From positions 11,821,031 through 11,879,714 of the forward strand of contig NC_068989.1 of assembly GCF_001194135.2 (NCBI RefSeq): a DNA stretch of 58,684 nucleotides, in the 5' to 3' direction. This document shows positions 12,536 to 24,250 of the stretch, piece by piece. The first letter of the stretch is position 1, and the number at the start of each line of letters is the position of its first letter. The translations under genes were made by a program, and so were the position numbers. The DNA is from Octopus bimaculoides (lineage: Eukaryota). The notes beneath the pieces were generated by a model, which was not told the origin of the DNA, did no database searches, and saw only the letters and a program-made list of their open reading frames with translations.

Positions 12536-13257
12536 CTGGCCACTGTCTGTATATGATCTTTAGAGACCAATCTTATTTATACTTCTCATATCGCCCATCT
12601 CAAGTGACGAAGTCGTTGTCACTCTATTTTACACTCAATCCCTTTCTAGTTTTCAAATCGTTGGCTCTAAATTGACAAAAAACAGTAAATAACTGTCCTC
12701 GAGATCGTTTCTGTTTTTTTTTTACAGGACCATTACTGGACGTAGTGGAGTACTGCTGATGTAGTTCTGGCGTTTCTCTGGGCAAACTTTTGGACTTCNN
12801 NNNNNNNNNNNNNNNNNNNNNNNNNNNNNNNNNNNNNNNNNNNNNNNNNNNNNNNNNNNNNNNNNNNNNNNNNNNNNNNNNNNNNNNNNNNNNNNNNNNN
12901 NNNNNNNNNNNNNNNNNNNNNNNNNNNNNNNNNNNNNNNNNNNNNNNNNNNNNNNNNNNNNNNNNNNNNNNNNNNNNNNNNNNNNNNNNNNNNNNNNNNN
13001 NNNNNNNNNNNNNNNNNNNNNNNNNNNNNNNNNNNNNNNNNNNNNNNNNNNNNNNNNNNNNNNNNNNNNNNNAATTAGAAAAAAAAGGTTTATCTTGTCG
13101 TTGTTGCAGTGGAAGAAATATTGGTAACTCGTTATTGTTTTTCTTTACATTTTCGTCATCGATGACGTCGTCGGCGTCGTGGTTATTGCTGTAGAGCATG
13201 TTGTTTATTTGGTTTATGTTGCCGCTGCTACTGTTGCTGCTGCTGTTGTTGTTGTTG

Positions 13258-13289
<32 letters not shown>

Positions 13290-13718
13290 GCTGCTGTTGC
13301 TGTCACTGTTGCTCTCTCTTTCTCTCTCTCTCGAGACTAGAACATCCGGAAAAAAATTTTTATATTAAAAACATCGAAATGGGAATTAATGTTGTTTTTA
13401 CTTTATAATAAATGTCTTTGATGCTATTCTTACTTTGTTTTTTTTTTGTGCTGCCACCTGGGATGTTGTAGTTGTTAGGGTTGAAGATGCTGCTGTTGTT
13501 GTGCATAATCCTGTTGTAAAATTTCTTTAAAAAATATTCGGTTAAAATCGTGACCTTAGCCTATTACTCGATATTAATACCTCGCCCGGGAATTCCCATC
13601 AAGTAAATGGGTGAAATCCATAATGAAATTAAGACACATTAATGAATAACTATAAATTGCAACAACAGTATAAAATAATAAAATAATGACAGAAAAATAG
13701 AATAATTAGCCCATTTTA

Positions 13719-13895
13719 ATCCACGTTAACCTTGTCGAAATTTTGATGATGGTTATATAAATAGGGATAACAAGCATACGGAAGCGTCCAGTTAACCTTT
13801 ATTGTAGTAAGTAAACCAAATACAATGATTAAATAAATACAAGCACTATTTTGCATCCAGTTAACCTTTATCGCAGTAAACAAACCAAATATAAT
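13719..13895. repeat. Degenerate ~70-bp tandem repeat (2-3 units)
   Basis: tccagttaacctttat..agtaa..aaaccaaata.aat at ~13786 and ~13856; weaker unit at ~13719. Confidence 0.7.
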
Positions 13896-14129
13896 TGTCC
13901 TCAAACAGGGACAGTGGGTTAAAATGGTCTAAAAACATCTCTCCCTCTAGGGATAGTATCTGCTTCGAGTGACACTTGGAGAAGTTGGTCAGGGTATGGC
14001 TTAAGAGTGAAAACTATCTCCTCAAACCTTTGAGAGGCGTCGATTATCTAACTTCCTACGACATAGTCACCAGGCAGAGGAAGATTGCTTGCTGTCTAAG
14101 GAAGGTGGTTAGTCGATATTCACTTTAGA

Positions 14130-14330
14130 TTTTGCTGATTGCCGAGTCCATCCTATATGTGACTGCACCTGTTTGTCATGAAATCAAAATCAACAATGGA
14201 CAGTCATTGATCGACATAACGCTAGGGACCTTCGTGCCTTCCTCTGATCTCGGATAGGTTTGATTACTGGAAGATCTAATAAGGCCAGGTCAAAAGGAGA
14301 AAGTTTTCCCATCAATGACTCAATGATCTT
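14130..14330 (-). mobile_element. Possible very decayed RTE LINE 3' remnant
   Basis: Mixed minus frames give H*WEN..., KPIRDQRKARRSLAL and YVDQ, resembling GHCWR...WEP.HG.R.RGRP..TYVDQL. Confidence 0.35.
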
Positions 14331-14786
14331 CAACCCCCCCCCCAAAAAAAAAAGAACCCCTTCAGATTCCTTGCGGACGGCCAGAATCGTTACCAGACGA
14401 TTATATTATCCACTAATTATATATTAGAATACAGGTGTTGACGACACTGTTCAACAGTTGAAGCGCAGTGAGCGCTTGAAAATATTCCAGATAATTATCC
14501 TCACATTTCAACCGAGGTTTAATACAGAATAGTAGTGTATTGAATGAGAAACGGAAAGCCATGTTGCACGAAGGGGGATAACAGCTGTTCAAAGTACCGC
14601 ATCAATTCGGAGTCTCTGTAGATGTGTCATCTCAATGCCTGCCTGTGCAACATTATCGACGTCAAACCAAGATCCCTTTGAATCGGTGTGTTCGCAGCAG
14701 GTGAATAACTTAACTGGTGGGACCTGTTCCTCCTTCAAGAAAGGAAAGAGTATGCATTCAATCTGGTCAAACGTTTGCTGGGACAA

Positions 14787-14796
14787 GAGGGAGAGA

Positions 14797-14840
<44 letters not shown>

Positions 14841-15052
14841 TAGAGAGATAGAGAGAGAGGGAGAGGAGAGAGAGGGGGAGGAGGGAAAGAGGAAGCGATA
14901 GCGAGAGAGAGAAAGCGATAGCGAGAGAGAGAGAGAGATAGAGAGAGGAGGAGAGAGAGGGAGAGAGGGAAAGAGAGAGGGGAGAGAGAGAGAGGGGGGA
15001 GAGAGGGAGAGAGAAAGCGATAGAGAGAGAGACAGAGAGGGAGTGTGTGTGA
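14787..15052. repeat. Degenerate (GA)n polypurine tract
   Basis: Seen directly. Confidence 0.95.
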
Positions 15053-15103
15053 GGGAAATGATTCTTCCCGTGTCATGCAGTCGCATAAGAGCGTATAAAT
15101 TCT

Positions 15104-15303
15104 CTAGGTGGATGGGACGCCAGTCTGTCGCAGGATTACTCATGTTTGTCAGCTGAGCAGACTGGAGCCACGTAAAATGAAGTGTTTTGCTCAAGAACAC
15201 GACGCATCGTCCGGTCCATTCGCCAGGTAAAAACGAGTAATCCTGTGACGGACCAGCGTCCTTTCCAGGTTGGGAAACCGGGAAACCGGCCCTTATGAGT
15301 CTG
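15104..15303. mobile_element. Two SINE-C (H2/T2) fragments in inverted, head-to-head arrangement
   Basis: 15104-15215 is minus strand and 15216-15303 plus strand; both carry gagtaatcctg.gac.gac..gcgtcc..tcca. Confidence 0.75.
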
Positions 15304-15643
15304 TATGATTGTAACTTAATCTTAACATTCCTTTTCCTACACTAAGAGCTAGAGCTTGAAAACAGTTATCGATGGACAAACCACAATTTTACGATCATGT
15401 GTCTAAATACTCATACCACTAAGCCATGAACCTCCAATGTATGGGACATGCCACGACGATAATCATGTAGTAGTAGTAGTAGTGGACCATGGTGGCGATG
15501 TTGATGTTACTTACTTACGCGTTACTTTTCGGGGACAGTCAATTTCTGAATGATTCTGTCTAACTTGCACATGAACTCATCCTTGTTTTGCCCCAAATCA
15601 AATCCAAAGCGGCTTAACCGTAAGTTTGATACGAGCTTGAACG

Positions 15644-15900
15644 TGGCACTCCATCGAGAGTTCCAGTTGATGCGGTCAACGGAACAGCTTTGCTCGTGAA
15701 ATTAGCGTGCAAGTGGCTGAGCACTCCACAGACACGTGTACCCTTAATGTAGTTCTCAGGGAGATTCAGCATGACACAGAGTGTGACAAGGCTGGCCCTT
15801 TAGAAATACAGGTAGAACAGAAACAGGAAGAAGGAGTGAGAAAAAGTTCTAGTGAAAGAGTACAGCAGGGTTCGCCACCGACCCCTGCCGGGACCTCTGT
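15644..15900 (-). mobile_element. SINE family C (H1+T1), 5'-truncated
   Basis: Reverse-complement match to 31015-31270. Confidence 0.88.
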
Positions 15901-16236
15901 ATCATCATCATCAAGATTTTCCTCATCATCCCTAATATCACTATCTTCTTCATCCGGCAAAACCGTCATCACCATTACCATCTTTCATTACTATCTCCCC
16001 ACTACCACCACCNNNNNNNNNNNNNNNNNNNNNNNNNNNNNNNNNNNNNNNNNNNNNNNNNNNNNNNNNNNNNNNNNNNNNNNNNNNNNNNNNNNNNNNN
16101 NNNNNNNNNNNNNNNNNNNNNNNNNNNNNNNNNNNNNNNNNNNNNNNNNNNNNNNNNNNNNNNNNNNNNNNNNNNNAAGAAGAAGAAGAAGAAGAAGAAA
16201 AAGAAGAAGAAAAAGAAGAAGAAAAAGAAGAAGAAA

Positions 16237-16297
<61 letters not shown>

Positions 16298-16698
16298 AGA
16301 AGAAGAAGAAGAAGAAGAAAAAGAAGTAGAAGAAGAAGAAGAAGAAGAAGAAGAAGAAGAAGAAGAAGAAGAAGAAGAAGAAGAAGCAAGACCAAGTATT
16401 CACATATCACAGATGATTGCAACCGAATCACACAGGTGGAAGAAGTTACAAAACGCAGACATTTTGAGAGAATTGACAGAAGAACGTCATAGAATGAAAG
16501 AAAAAAATAAAAAAATAAAAGAGAGAAAATGAAATTGAAAAATAAAATAGGAAAATAAAATCGAAATCAAAACAATAAGAACAAAAAAGGGGAAAACAAT
16601 TAACAATAAATGAATAAATAAATAAATTAACAGAAATCAAATGCAAATCAATGGAAGATTTATAAAACTGTGGAGAATGAACGTAGTGGAGGGAAGGC

Positions 16699-16736
<38 letters not shown>

Positions 16737-16768
16737 TGATGATGATGATGATAATAATAATAATAATG

Positions 16769-16823
<55 letters not shown>

Positions 16824-16983
16824 TGATGATAATAACAGTAATAATAATAATAATAATAACAATAACAACAATAATAATAATCAATTTGAAATAAAATTAC
16901 AGTTAATGTAAATCTAACAGTTTTTCTTCTAAAAAAAAGAGAATGACAACTACCCAAACGAAAGTATTGATGCTGATGACGAC

Positions 16984-17024
<41 letters not shown>

Positions 17025-17430
17025 CGATGATGATGGTGATTTCCTTAACAACAACAACAATATTAAATGTGAAAATATTGAAAATAAGCGAAAACAAGCG
17101 AAAGTTAATGTGAAAAAATGTTTTAAAAATATGGAAAAAGAACCAAGACATTCCTATCAAATGCATCATCATCATCATCATCATCATCGACAACACCTTC
17201 ACGATCATCGTCATCATCGTCGTCATCGACCTCCTCATCATCATCTTCAAATTCATCGCCTTTATCGTCGTCTACTTCCTGTTCCTCCTCAACGTTATCT
17301 TCATCATCATCACCATCATCATCACCATCATCATCATCACCACCACCATCATCATCATCATCATCAACATCCATCATCATCATCATCGTCGTCGTCGTCG
17401 TCGACGTCATCTTCATCGCATTCGTAATCA
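15890..17430. repeat. Cluster of triplet low-complexity tracts: (CAT/CAC), (GAA)n, (AAT)n, (GAT)n, degenerate (TCA)n
   Basis: Seen directly; includes the gap 16013-16176. Confidence 0.9.
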
Positions 17431-17533
17431 TCGTCATCGTTTCTTACACTGCTACTGTGAAAATAAAATGAGTTAATATATATATGTGTGTTTATATATA
17501 TAAACATACGCACAAAGAAATCTTGTTTGTGTG

Positions 17534-17587
<54 letters not shown>

Positions 17588-19644
17588 AGTTGTCTTTGTA
17601 TATATATACACACACATATGTGTGTGCGTGCGCGTATGTGTGTGTGATTGTGTGTGTGTGTGTCTATTTGTGTATTTGAGTGTCTGTAAACGTTTATGTA
17701 TGTGTCTATTGAAATATTAGGAACGAAAAGCTAAAAAAAAATGTATGAGAATTAACAAAAATGTGGATTATTTGAGCATCGTTTCTGTAAATTTCGTTTT
17801 TTGCAATTCTATTATTGTCATCATCACCACCACCACCAGCACCACCACCATCACCATCACCATCATCATCATCATCATCAGTTGTTGCAGCAGCTGCAGC
17901 AGCAGCAGCGATGGTATTGTTAAATCAGTCTTTTGAAGTAAATTCGCTTGAATGCTACGTGTGACAGATATAACAATGGAGACTTGACATGAGAGGGTCA
18001 CTACACAGGATCACTACTTGTGGCTTTTATTTACATCAACCGAAAGAAACACATAACGATCTTGTTTTGTTTCGTTTAGATTCATTTCGTTTTTTTTTGG
18101 TTTTCTCTTCTTCAAGTTCTTCATAAATGATAAACTGTATTGCAGTCATTTCTTCTACGTATCGTATTGTATTATTACATTTTCACAGGCTAAATCAATC
18201 GTACTCGTAGTTAAGACTTTCAGAATTTATTGTGTATGAACGTCCAGCACTGTACACATATATTCTTTGTATCTGTAGTCTTCTCTATAATTTATTACAT
18301 ACAAAAAGNNNNNNNNNNNNNNNNNNNNNNNNNNNNNNNNNNNNNNNNNNNNNNNNNNNNNNNNNNNNNNNNNNNNNNNNNNNNNNNNNNNNNNNNNNNN
18401 NNNNNNNNNNNNNNNNNNNNNNNNNNNNNNNNNNNNNNNNNNNNNNNNNNNNNNNNNNNNNNNNNNNNNNNNNNNNNNNNNNNNNNNNNNNNNNNNNNNN
18501 NNNNNNNNNNNNNNNNNNNNNNNNNNNNNNNNNNNNNNNNNNNNNNNNNNNNNNNNNNNNNNNNNNNNNNNNNNNNNNNNNNNNNNNNNNNNNNNNNNNN
18601 NNNNNNNNNNNNNNNNNNNNNNNNNNNNNNNNNNNNNNNNNNNNNNNNNNNNNNNNNNNNNNNNNNNNNNNNNNNNNNNNNNNNNNNNNNNNNNNNNNNN
18701 NNNNNNNNNNNNNNNNNNNNNNNNNNNNNNNNNNNNNNNNNNNNNNNNNNNNNNNNNNNNNNNNNNNNNNNNNNNNNNNNNNNNNNNNNNNNNNNNNNNN
18801 NNNNNNNNNNNNNNNNNNNNNNNNNNNNNNNNNNNNNNNNNNNNNNNNNNNNNNNNNNNNNNNNNNNNNNNNNNNNNNNNNNNNNNNNNNNNNNNNNNNN
18901 NNNNNNNNNNNNNNNNNNNNNNNNNNNNNNNNNNNNNNNNNNNNNNNNNNNNNNNNNNNNNNNNNNNNNNNNNNNNNNNNNNNNNNNNNNNNNNNNNNNN
19001 NNNNNNNNNNNNNNNNNNNNNNNNNNNNNNNNNNNNNNNNNNNNNNNNNNNNNNNNNNNNNNNNNNNNNNNNNNNNNNNNNNNNNNNNNNNNNNNNNNNN
19101 NNNNNNNNNNNNNNNNNNNNNNNNNNNNNNNNNNNNNNNNNNNNNNNNNNNNNNNNNNNNNNNNNNNNNNNNNNNNNNNNNNNNNNNNNNNNNNNNNNTA
19201 TATATATATATATGTATATATATAGTGTCTGTAATCAAATTCTACGTCTTTGTGCAGCTGAGGATTGCTCTGAATTTTAAACTGATGTAATGATTATATT
19301 GTTCAATTAAATGGTGTTGTATGAAACGATCGTACTGCATTACCTCTGGATAGGATATCCTTGTTGCTTATTTTGATTTTAATCACCTTATTTTGAAATT
19401 GTATGGATGATACCGTACTAAATTCTAGTGCCTCAACTTAAGTACCATATTCACCTGAATCTATACGCACGCACACACACACACACACACACACGAATTA
19501 CTAGGACAAGCCTCTTTAATTGATCACTCAATGTGGTAAAGCTTGCAGTGAAATATTCAGATACCTCTCATAACCTACCATCTTAGAACAACGCGGTTAT
19601 ATGCATGCATACATACATACATACATACATACATACATACATAC

Positions 19645-19870
19645 TTACAAGAGAATCTGGATAAACTGGGATTTTTAGAAAGAGAAATCGAACGGCTAAT
19701 TCGTACATTACAAAGTGCAATCTGTGAGTGGAACAGTAAGAATATGCAAGACTTTTCACATGTTCCAAATGTGAATTTGCCTGTGTTAACTACATCCCAA
19801 AGATGGTGCCTTGTATCTTTGTTGGAAACCGGCTCAGTGGAAGATTTAGAATGATTAAAAAATAGAAGAG
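19645..19870 (+). mobile_element. R4/Dong-like RLE retrotransposon ORF C-terminus + 3' UTR, 5'-truncated
   Basis: LQENLDKLGFLEREIERLIRTLQ, +1 frameshift, then VQSVSGTVRICKTFHMFQM* (stop 19772-19774). Matches the recalled R4/Dong terminus ENLEKLGF...E..RLIRKLQIQS.SGTVKICKTF. Directly preceded by (CATA)n. Confidence 0.6.
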
Positions 19871-19874
19871 ACAT

Positions 19875-20290
19875 ACATGATGACCATCCACTTGTTACCT
19901 TGGAAAACAATGACCTTTGAAAACATTTTGCGCTGAAGACTACCTTATACTTTACACTTGCGTCTCTGTTGGTGACTAACGTGCCCTGCTTTTAGCAAAC
20001 ATACACAACTGCAATCATTGCAGACCAAGCTTTCCCCATTCATTACACTAGCAGTTCGTTTCTGAGTAGTACACTTAAATTCTTCATGAAGAATATGTGC
20101 TCTGTCATGACTACAAAACCCATTTTGAATACACGCATAAAACGAAACATACAAATCTGCACATATACATACGTACATACAAAAATACCCTATTGATGTT
20201 GTTGAAGTTCCAATGTAGGAGACTTAGATCAATGTTACAAACCGGCTCTTTCTCTATTGGCAAGACCTCTTGAAATAAAACTGAATAAAG
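19875..20290 (-). mobile_element. RTE LINE 3' end with terminal C2H2 zinc finger
   Basis: Minus strand FQEVL...CNIDLS, then RAHILHEEFK and LVCNDCSCVCLLKAGHVSHQQ (CxxC...AGLxSH), then the short UTR ...aagtggatggtcatcat. Confidence 0.6.
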
Positions 20291-20645
20291 ATATACATAC
20301 ATATGTGTTGTGTGTGTGTATGATTTGCAATAGCATCGACACAGTTGAAACGCATTTGACTATTGATCGGCTGGGCCAGAGCCGACACAGGACTGTACAA
20401 CCGAAGTATTTGCACCGACACAGACTCTAAAATATTTACACCGACACAAACACACAAGCACACAGACACATACACCAAACATACGCACACACACACACAC
20501 AAGCCTGCCCGCCCGCCTGCACATGATCATAAACACATACGATATAACCATGTATGTCTTAGTGTATATATATATAAATGTACATCCACAAATATATATA
20601 TGTATGTACATTTGTACACATATGCATATATATATATATGTATCG

Positions 20646-20716
20646 AGCATCGGTTAGCTCAATCTGTCAGAGCATCGAAACGCGTAATGAAGGAGTTGGA
20701 GTCCCACAGCTAACCA
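20646..20716 (+). pseudogene. tRNA-like remnant or orphan SINE head
   Basis: Intact D-arm TA-GCTC-aatctgtca-GAGC-A; anticodon and T arms not formable. Confidence 0.3.
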
Positions 20717-21419
20717 CCTACATTTTTTTTTTCTGCAAAATGGGGGTAGCTTATCCTGTTCAGTCTTTATTATTAGCATTATCCTGCGATTGAGAATTTA
20801 AAATCGCTTCTTTAACTTTCTAAGACATCTCAACGATTCTAAAAGCAAACTTCGTTTGTTTGTTTACGTATAACGTAATTTGAATTTATATATATATACA
20901 CTAAGACATACATGGTTATATCGTATGTGTTTNNNNNNNNNNNNNNNNNNNNNNNNNNNNNNNNNNNNNNNNNNNNNNNNNNNNNNNNNNNNNNNNNNNN
21001 NNNNNNNNNNNNNNNNNNNNNNNNNNNNNNNNNNNNNNNNNNNNNNNNNNNNNNNNNNNNNNNNNNNNNNNNNNNNNNNNNNNNNNNNNNNNNNNNNNNN
21101 NNNNNNNNNNNNNNNNNNNNNNNNNNNNNNNNNNNNNNNNNTATGCATATATATATATATGTATATAGCACGCGTTTATAACTATCTGTGTAAGGTTTTA
21201 AATATATACCTGTATCTTACATACACACGCACACACACACATGCATACACACACATACACACACAAGCGCGCACGTACGGACATATGTACCGGAATGCAT
21301 ACCATATAGTCATTTCTGTCTTAATGTATATATATACATCCACAAATATATATACATATATGTATATACATTTATACAAATGCATATATATATATATTGA
21401 CCGTTGACTGAACACTATT

Positions 21420-21584
21420 CAATTTTTTTCTCTCCGTGTTTTTCTCCTTGTCTCCGTATTCTTTCTGTTGAAGAGCGTAGCTCGAAACGTCAAAGACTTT
21501 CCGTATTCCCGAGCGTCATACTAATATATACTTTTGTTATTTACACCACCTGTCCTCGTCTGTTGTTATTATTTGTATATTCTC
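21420..21584 (+). mobile_element. Repeat P, Penelope-like terminal repeat with hammerhead-like motif
   Basis: tcttt-CTGTTGAAGA-gcgtagctc-GAAA-cgtc-aaaga at 21460-21496; second copy at 3644-3707. Confidence 0.6.
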
Positions 21585-22908
21585 NNNNNNNNNNNNNNNN
21601 NNNNNNNNNNNNNNNNNNNNNNNNNNNNNNNNNNNNNNNNNNNNNNNNNNNNNNNNNNNNNNNNNNNNNNNNNNNNNNNNNNNNNNNNNNNNNNNNNNNN
21701 NNNNNNNNNNNNNNNNNNNNNNNNNNNNNNNNNNNNNNNNNNNNNNNNNNNNNNNNNNNNNNNNNNNNNNNNNNNNNNNNNNNNNNNNNNNNNNNNNNNN
21801 NNNNNNNNNNNNNNNNNNNNNNNNNNNNNNNNNNNNNNNNNNNNNNNNNNNNNNNNNNNNNNNNNNNNNNNNNNNNNNNNNNNNNNNNNNNNNNNNNNNN
21901 NNNNNNNNNNNNNNNNNNNNNNNNNNNNNNNNNNNNNNNNNNNNNNNNNNNNNNNNNNNNNNNNNNNNNNNNNNNNNNNNNNNNNNNNNNNNNNNNNNNN
22001 NNNNNNNNNNNNNNNNNNNNNNNNNNNNNNNNNNNNNNNNNNNNNNNNNNNNNNNNNNNNNNNNNNNNNNNNNNNNNNNNNNNNNNNNNNNNNNNNNNNN
22101 NNNNNNNNNNNNNNNNNNNNNNNNNNNNNNNNNNNNNNNNNNNNNNNNNNNNNNNNNNNNNNNNNNNNNNNNNNNNNNNNNNNNNNNNNNNNNNNNNNNN
22201 NNNNNNNNNNNNNNNNNNNNNNNNNNNNNNNNNNNNNNNNNNNNNNNNNNNNNNNNNNNNNNNNNNNNNNNNNNNNNNNNNNNNNNNNNNNNNNNNNNNN
22301 NNNNNNNNNNNNNNNNNNNNNNNNNNNNNNNNNNNNNNNNNNNNNNNNNNNNNNNNNNNNNNNNNNNNNNNNNNNNNNNNNNNNNNNNNNNNNNNNNNNN
22401 NNNNNNNNNNNNNNNNNNNNNNNNNNNNNNTATATACATACATATATACACACGCATATATGTACGGCGTGAGTTTATGTACATATGTTAATAAACATAT
22501 TTATGCATACACACAGACACAAACACACACGCACACACAGAGACACAAACACACACGTACACACATATACACGTACACACACACATATGTATTTATATAT
22601 AAAACTATCTGTATAAAGTTTCAAATATATATTTGTATCTTACGTGTACACAAACACACAACCGCACACATATACAAACACTTACACACACATTTCTGGA
22701 TATATGTAAACATACATATGTATGTTTGTGTGAATGTATGTTTGCATGTATGCGTGAATGTATATATGTATGTTTTTATGCATGTATGTATGTATGTATG
22801 TATGTATGTATATAAATAGGAACTTTAATATCCGTAAGTCAGGCATTGAAAGCAAATGAATAACATCGCTTCAACATTTTGTTTTATGAAGATGTTCTTA
22901 AGTGTTTG

Positions 22909-22945
<37 letters not shown>

Positions 22946-23393
22946 CTTTATTATTAATATAATTGTTTCTGTTGTTGTTGTTGTTGTTGCTGCTGCTGTT
23001 GTCGTTGCTGTTGTCGTTGTATGACTCAGCATTCTGAAGAACCAATCCAAGTAATCAAATAAACGGTTAATGGTTGGTCAAAGTTATTCTGAATTCGTAG
23101 AATATGGCTGAGTGAGCAGTTTTTCAGGTCAATAACCAAATATAAACAGCACACAAACATAATTCGCATGCACACACATTAATACACACACGGACACACT
23201 GACATGTACACATGCACACATATTTTTAGAAAGATGTGTAAACAAATGTTATGTACATAAGACAATATACACACATATATATACATGCATATAAATTTAC
23301 ACAGCCACAAGTAAAACGTTAAAAACAAACAAGGAAACATGATTTTATATTACAGATACATGCGTGCATATGCACAAAGACATACATAAATAC

Positions 23394-23424
<31 letters not shown>

Positions 23425-23430
23425 CGTGTG

Positions 23431-23477
<47 letters not shown>

Positions 23478-23808
23478 GTATATATACATACATATATGTA
23501 TATGTAGAATATGTACATACGCTTATATGCCTCTCAATCTTTCTGTCTCCCTCATTACATACCTCTCTTCTGTATATGTATGTGTGTATCTTTGTACACA
23601 CGCACACAGACACAAACACACACACACACATACATATATCATATCATATCATATATGTGCTTAAACTTAAACACATAAACTGACGCACATACATTTCTCA
23701 TATTTAGTATTGTAGGTTTGGAAAATGCATTGGGGTGAATGATAAAACTGTTGCTGTGTTCCGTCAAGGTTTGACGTAGTCGTATCTAGCAGGCGTTGCA
23801 CAAGTGAC

Positions 23809-24058
23809 CACGTGACTGACCAGTCTATCAGATATTGTTATACATCACTGGCCACAATGCGCTTTGCATCGTTTTAGCGTGCGAATGACGCCAATTCGCT
23901 GGCTAGGCAAGCAGGCCAACATTTTCCCCGGATCGAAAAGCGGGACTGGGGCAATGAGAAATGAAGAGACTTGCTCAGGAACACAACGCAACGCCTGGTT
24001 TGGGAATCGTGAGAACAACAGCAATTGGGGGAGCAACAGCCTCACTACTAGGACAGTG
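23809..24058 (-). mobile_element. SINE family C (H2-like head + third tail T3)
   Basis: gcgttgtgttcctgagcaagtctcttcatttc (H2 body) joined to a distinct tail ...ttggcctgcttgcctagccagcg...cagtcacgtg. Confidence 0.65.
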
Positions 24059-24171
24059 ACACAAACACACACACACACATATACACAAACAGACAGACAG
24101 ACAGACCGACAGACACACACACTCATATACATATATTACGTCCGTCAAGGACGTATTTCTATTTCTTTGCA

Positions 24172-24250
24172 CTACCTCACTATGGAACTGAACCCAGGAC
24201 CATGTGGTTGGGAACCAAGTTTCTTATCAAACAGCCACTCCTGCACCTGT
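24172..24250 (-). mobile_element. SINE family A head fragment
   Basis: ggtgcaggagtggctgt...caaccacatggtcctgggttcagttcc on the minus strand. Confidence 0.8.

Noticed and set aside
12710-12798. Strong plus-strand acceptor (T-tract ACAG) followed by GPLLDVVEYC, reminiscent of a receptor tyrosine kinase motif
   Set aside because: All three frames stop within 36 nt and there are no other kinase exons. Chance resemblance unless it is a terminal exon.
19651-19852. 68-codon plus frame as a host exon
   Set aside because: Better explained by a frameshifted R4/Dong C-terminus followed by UTR.
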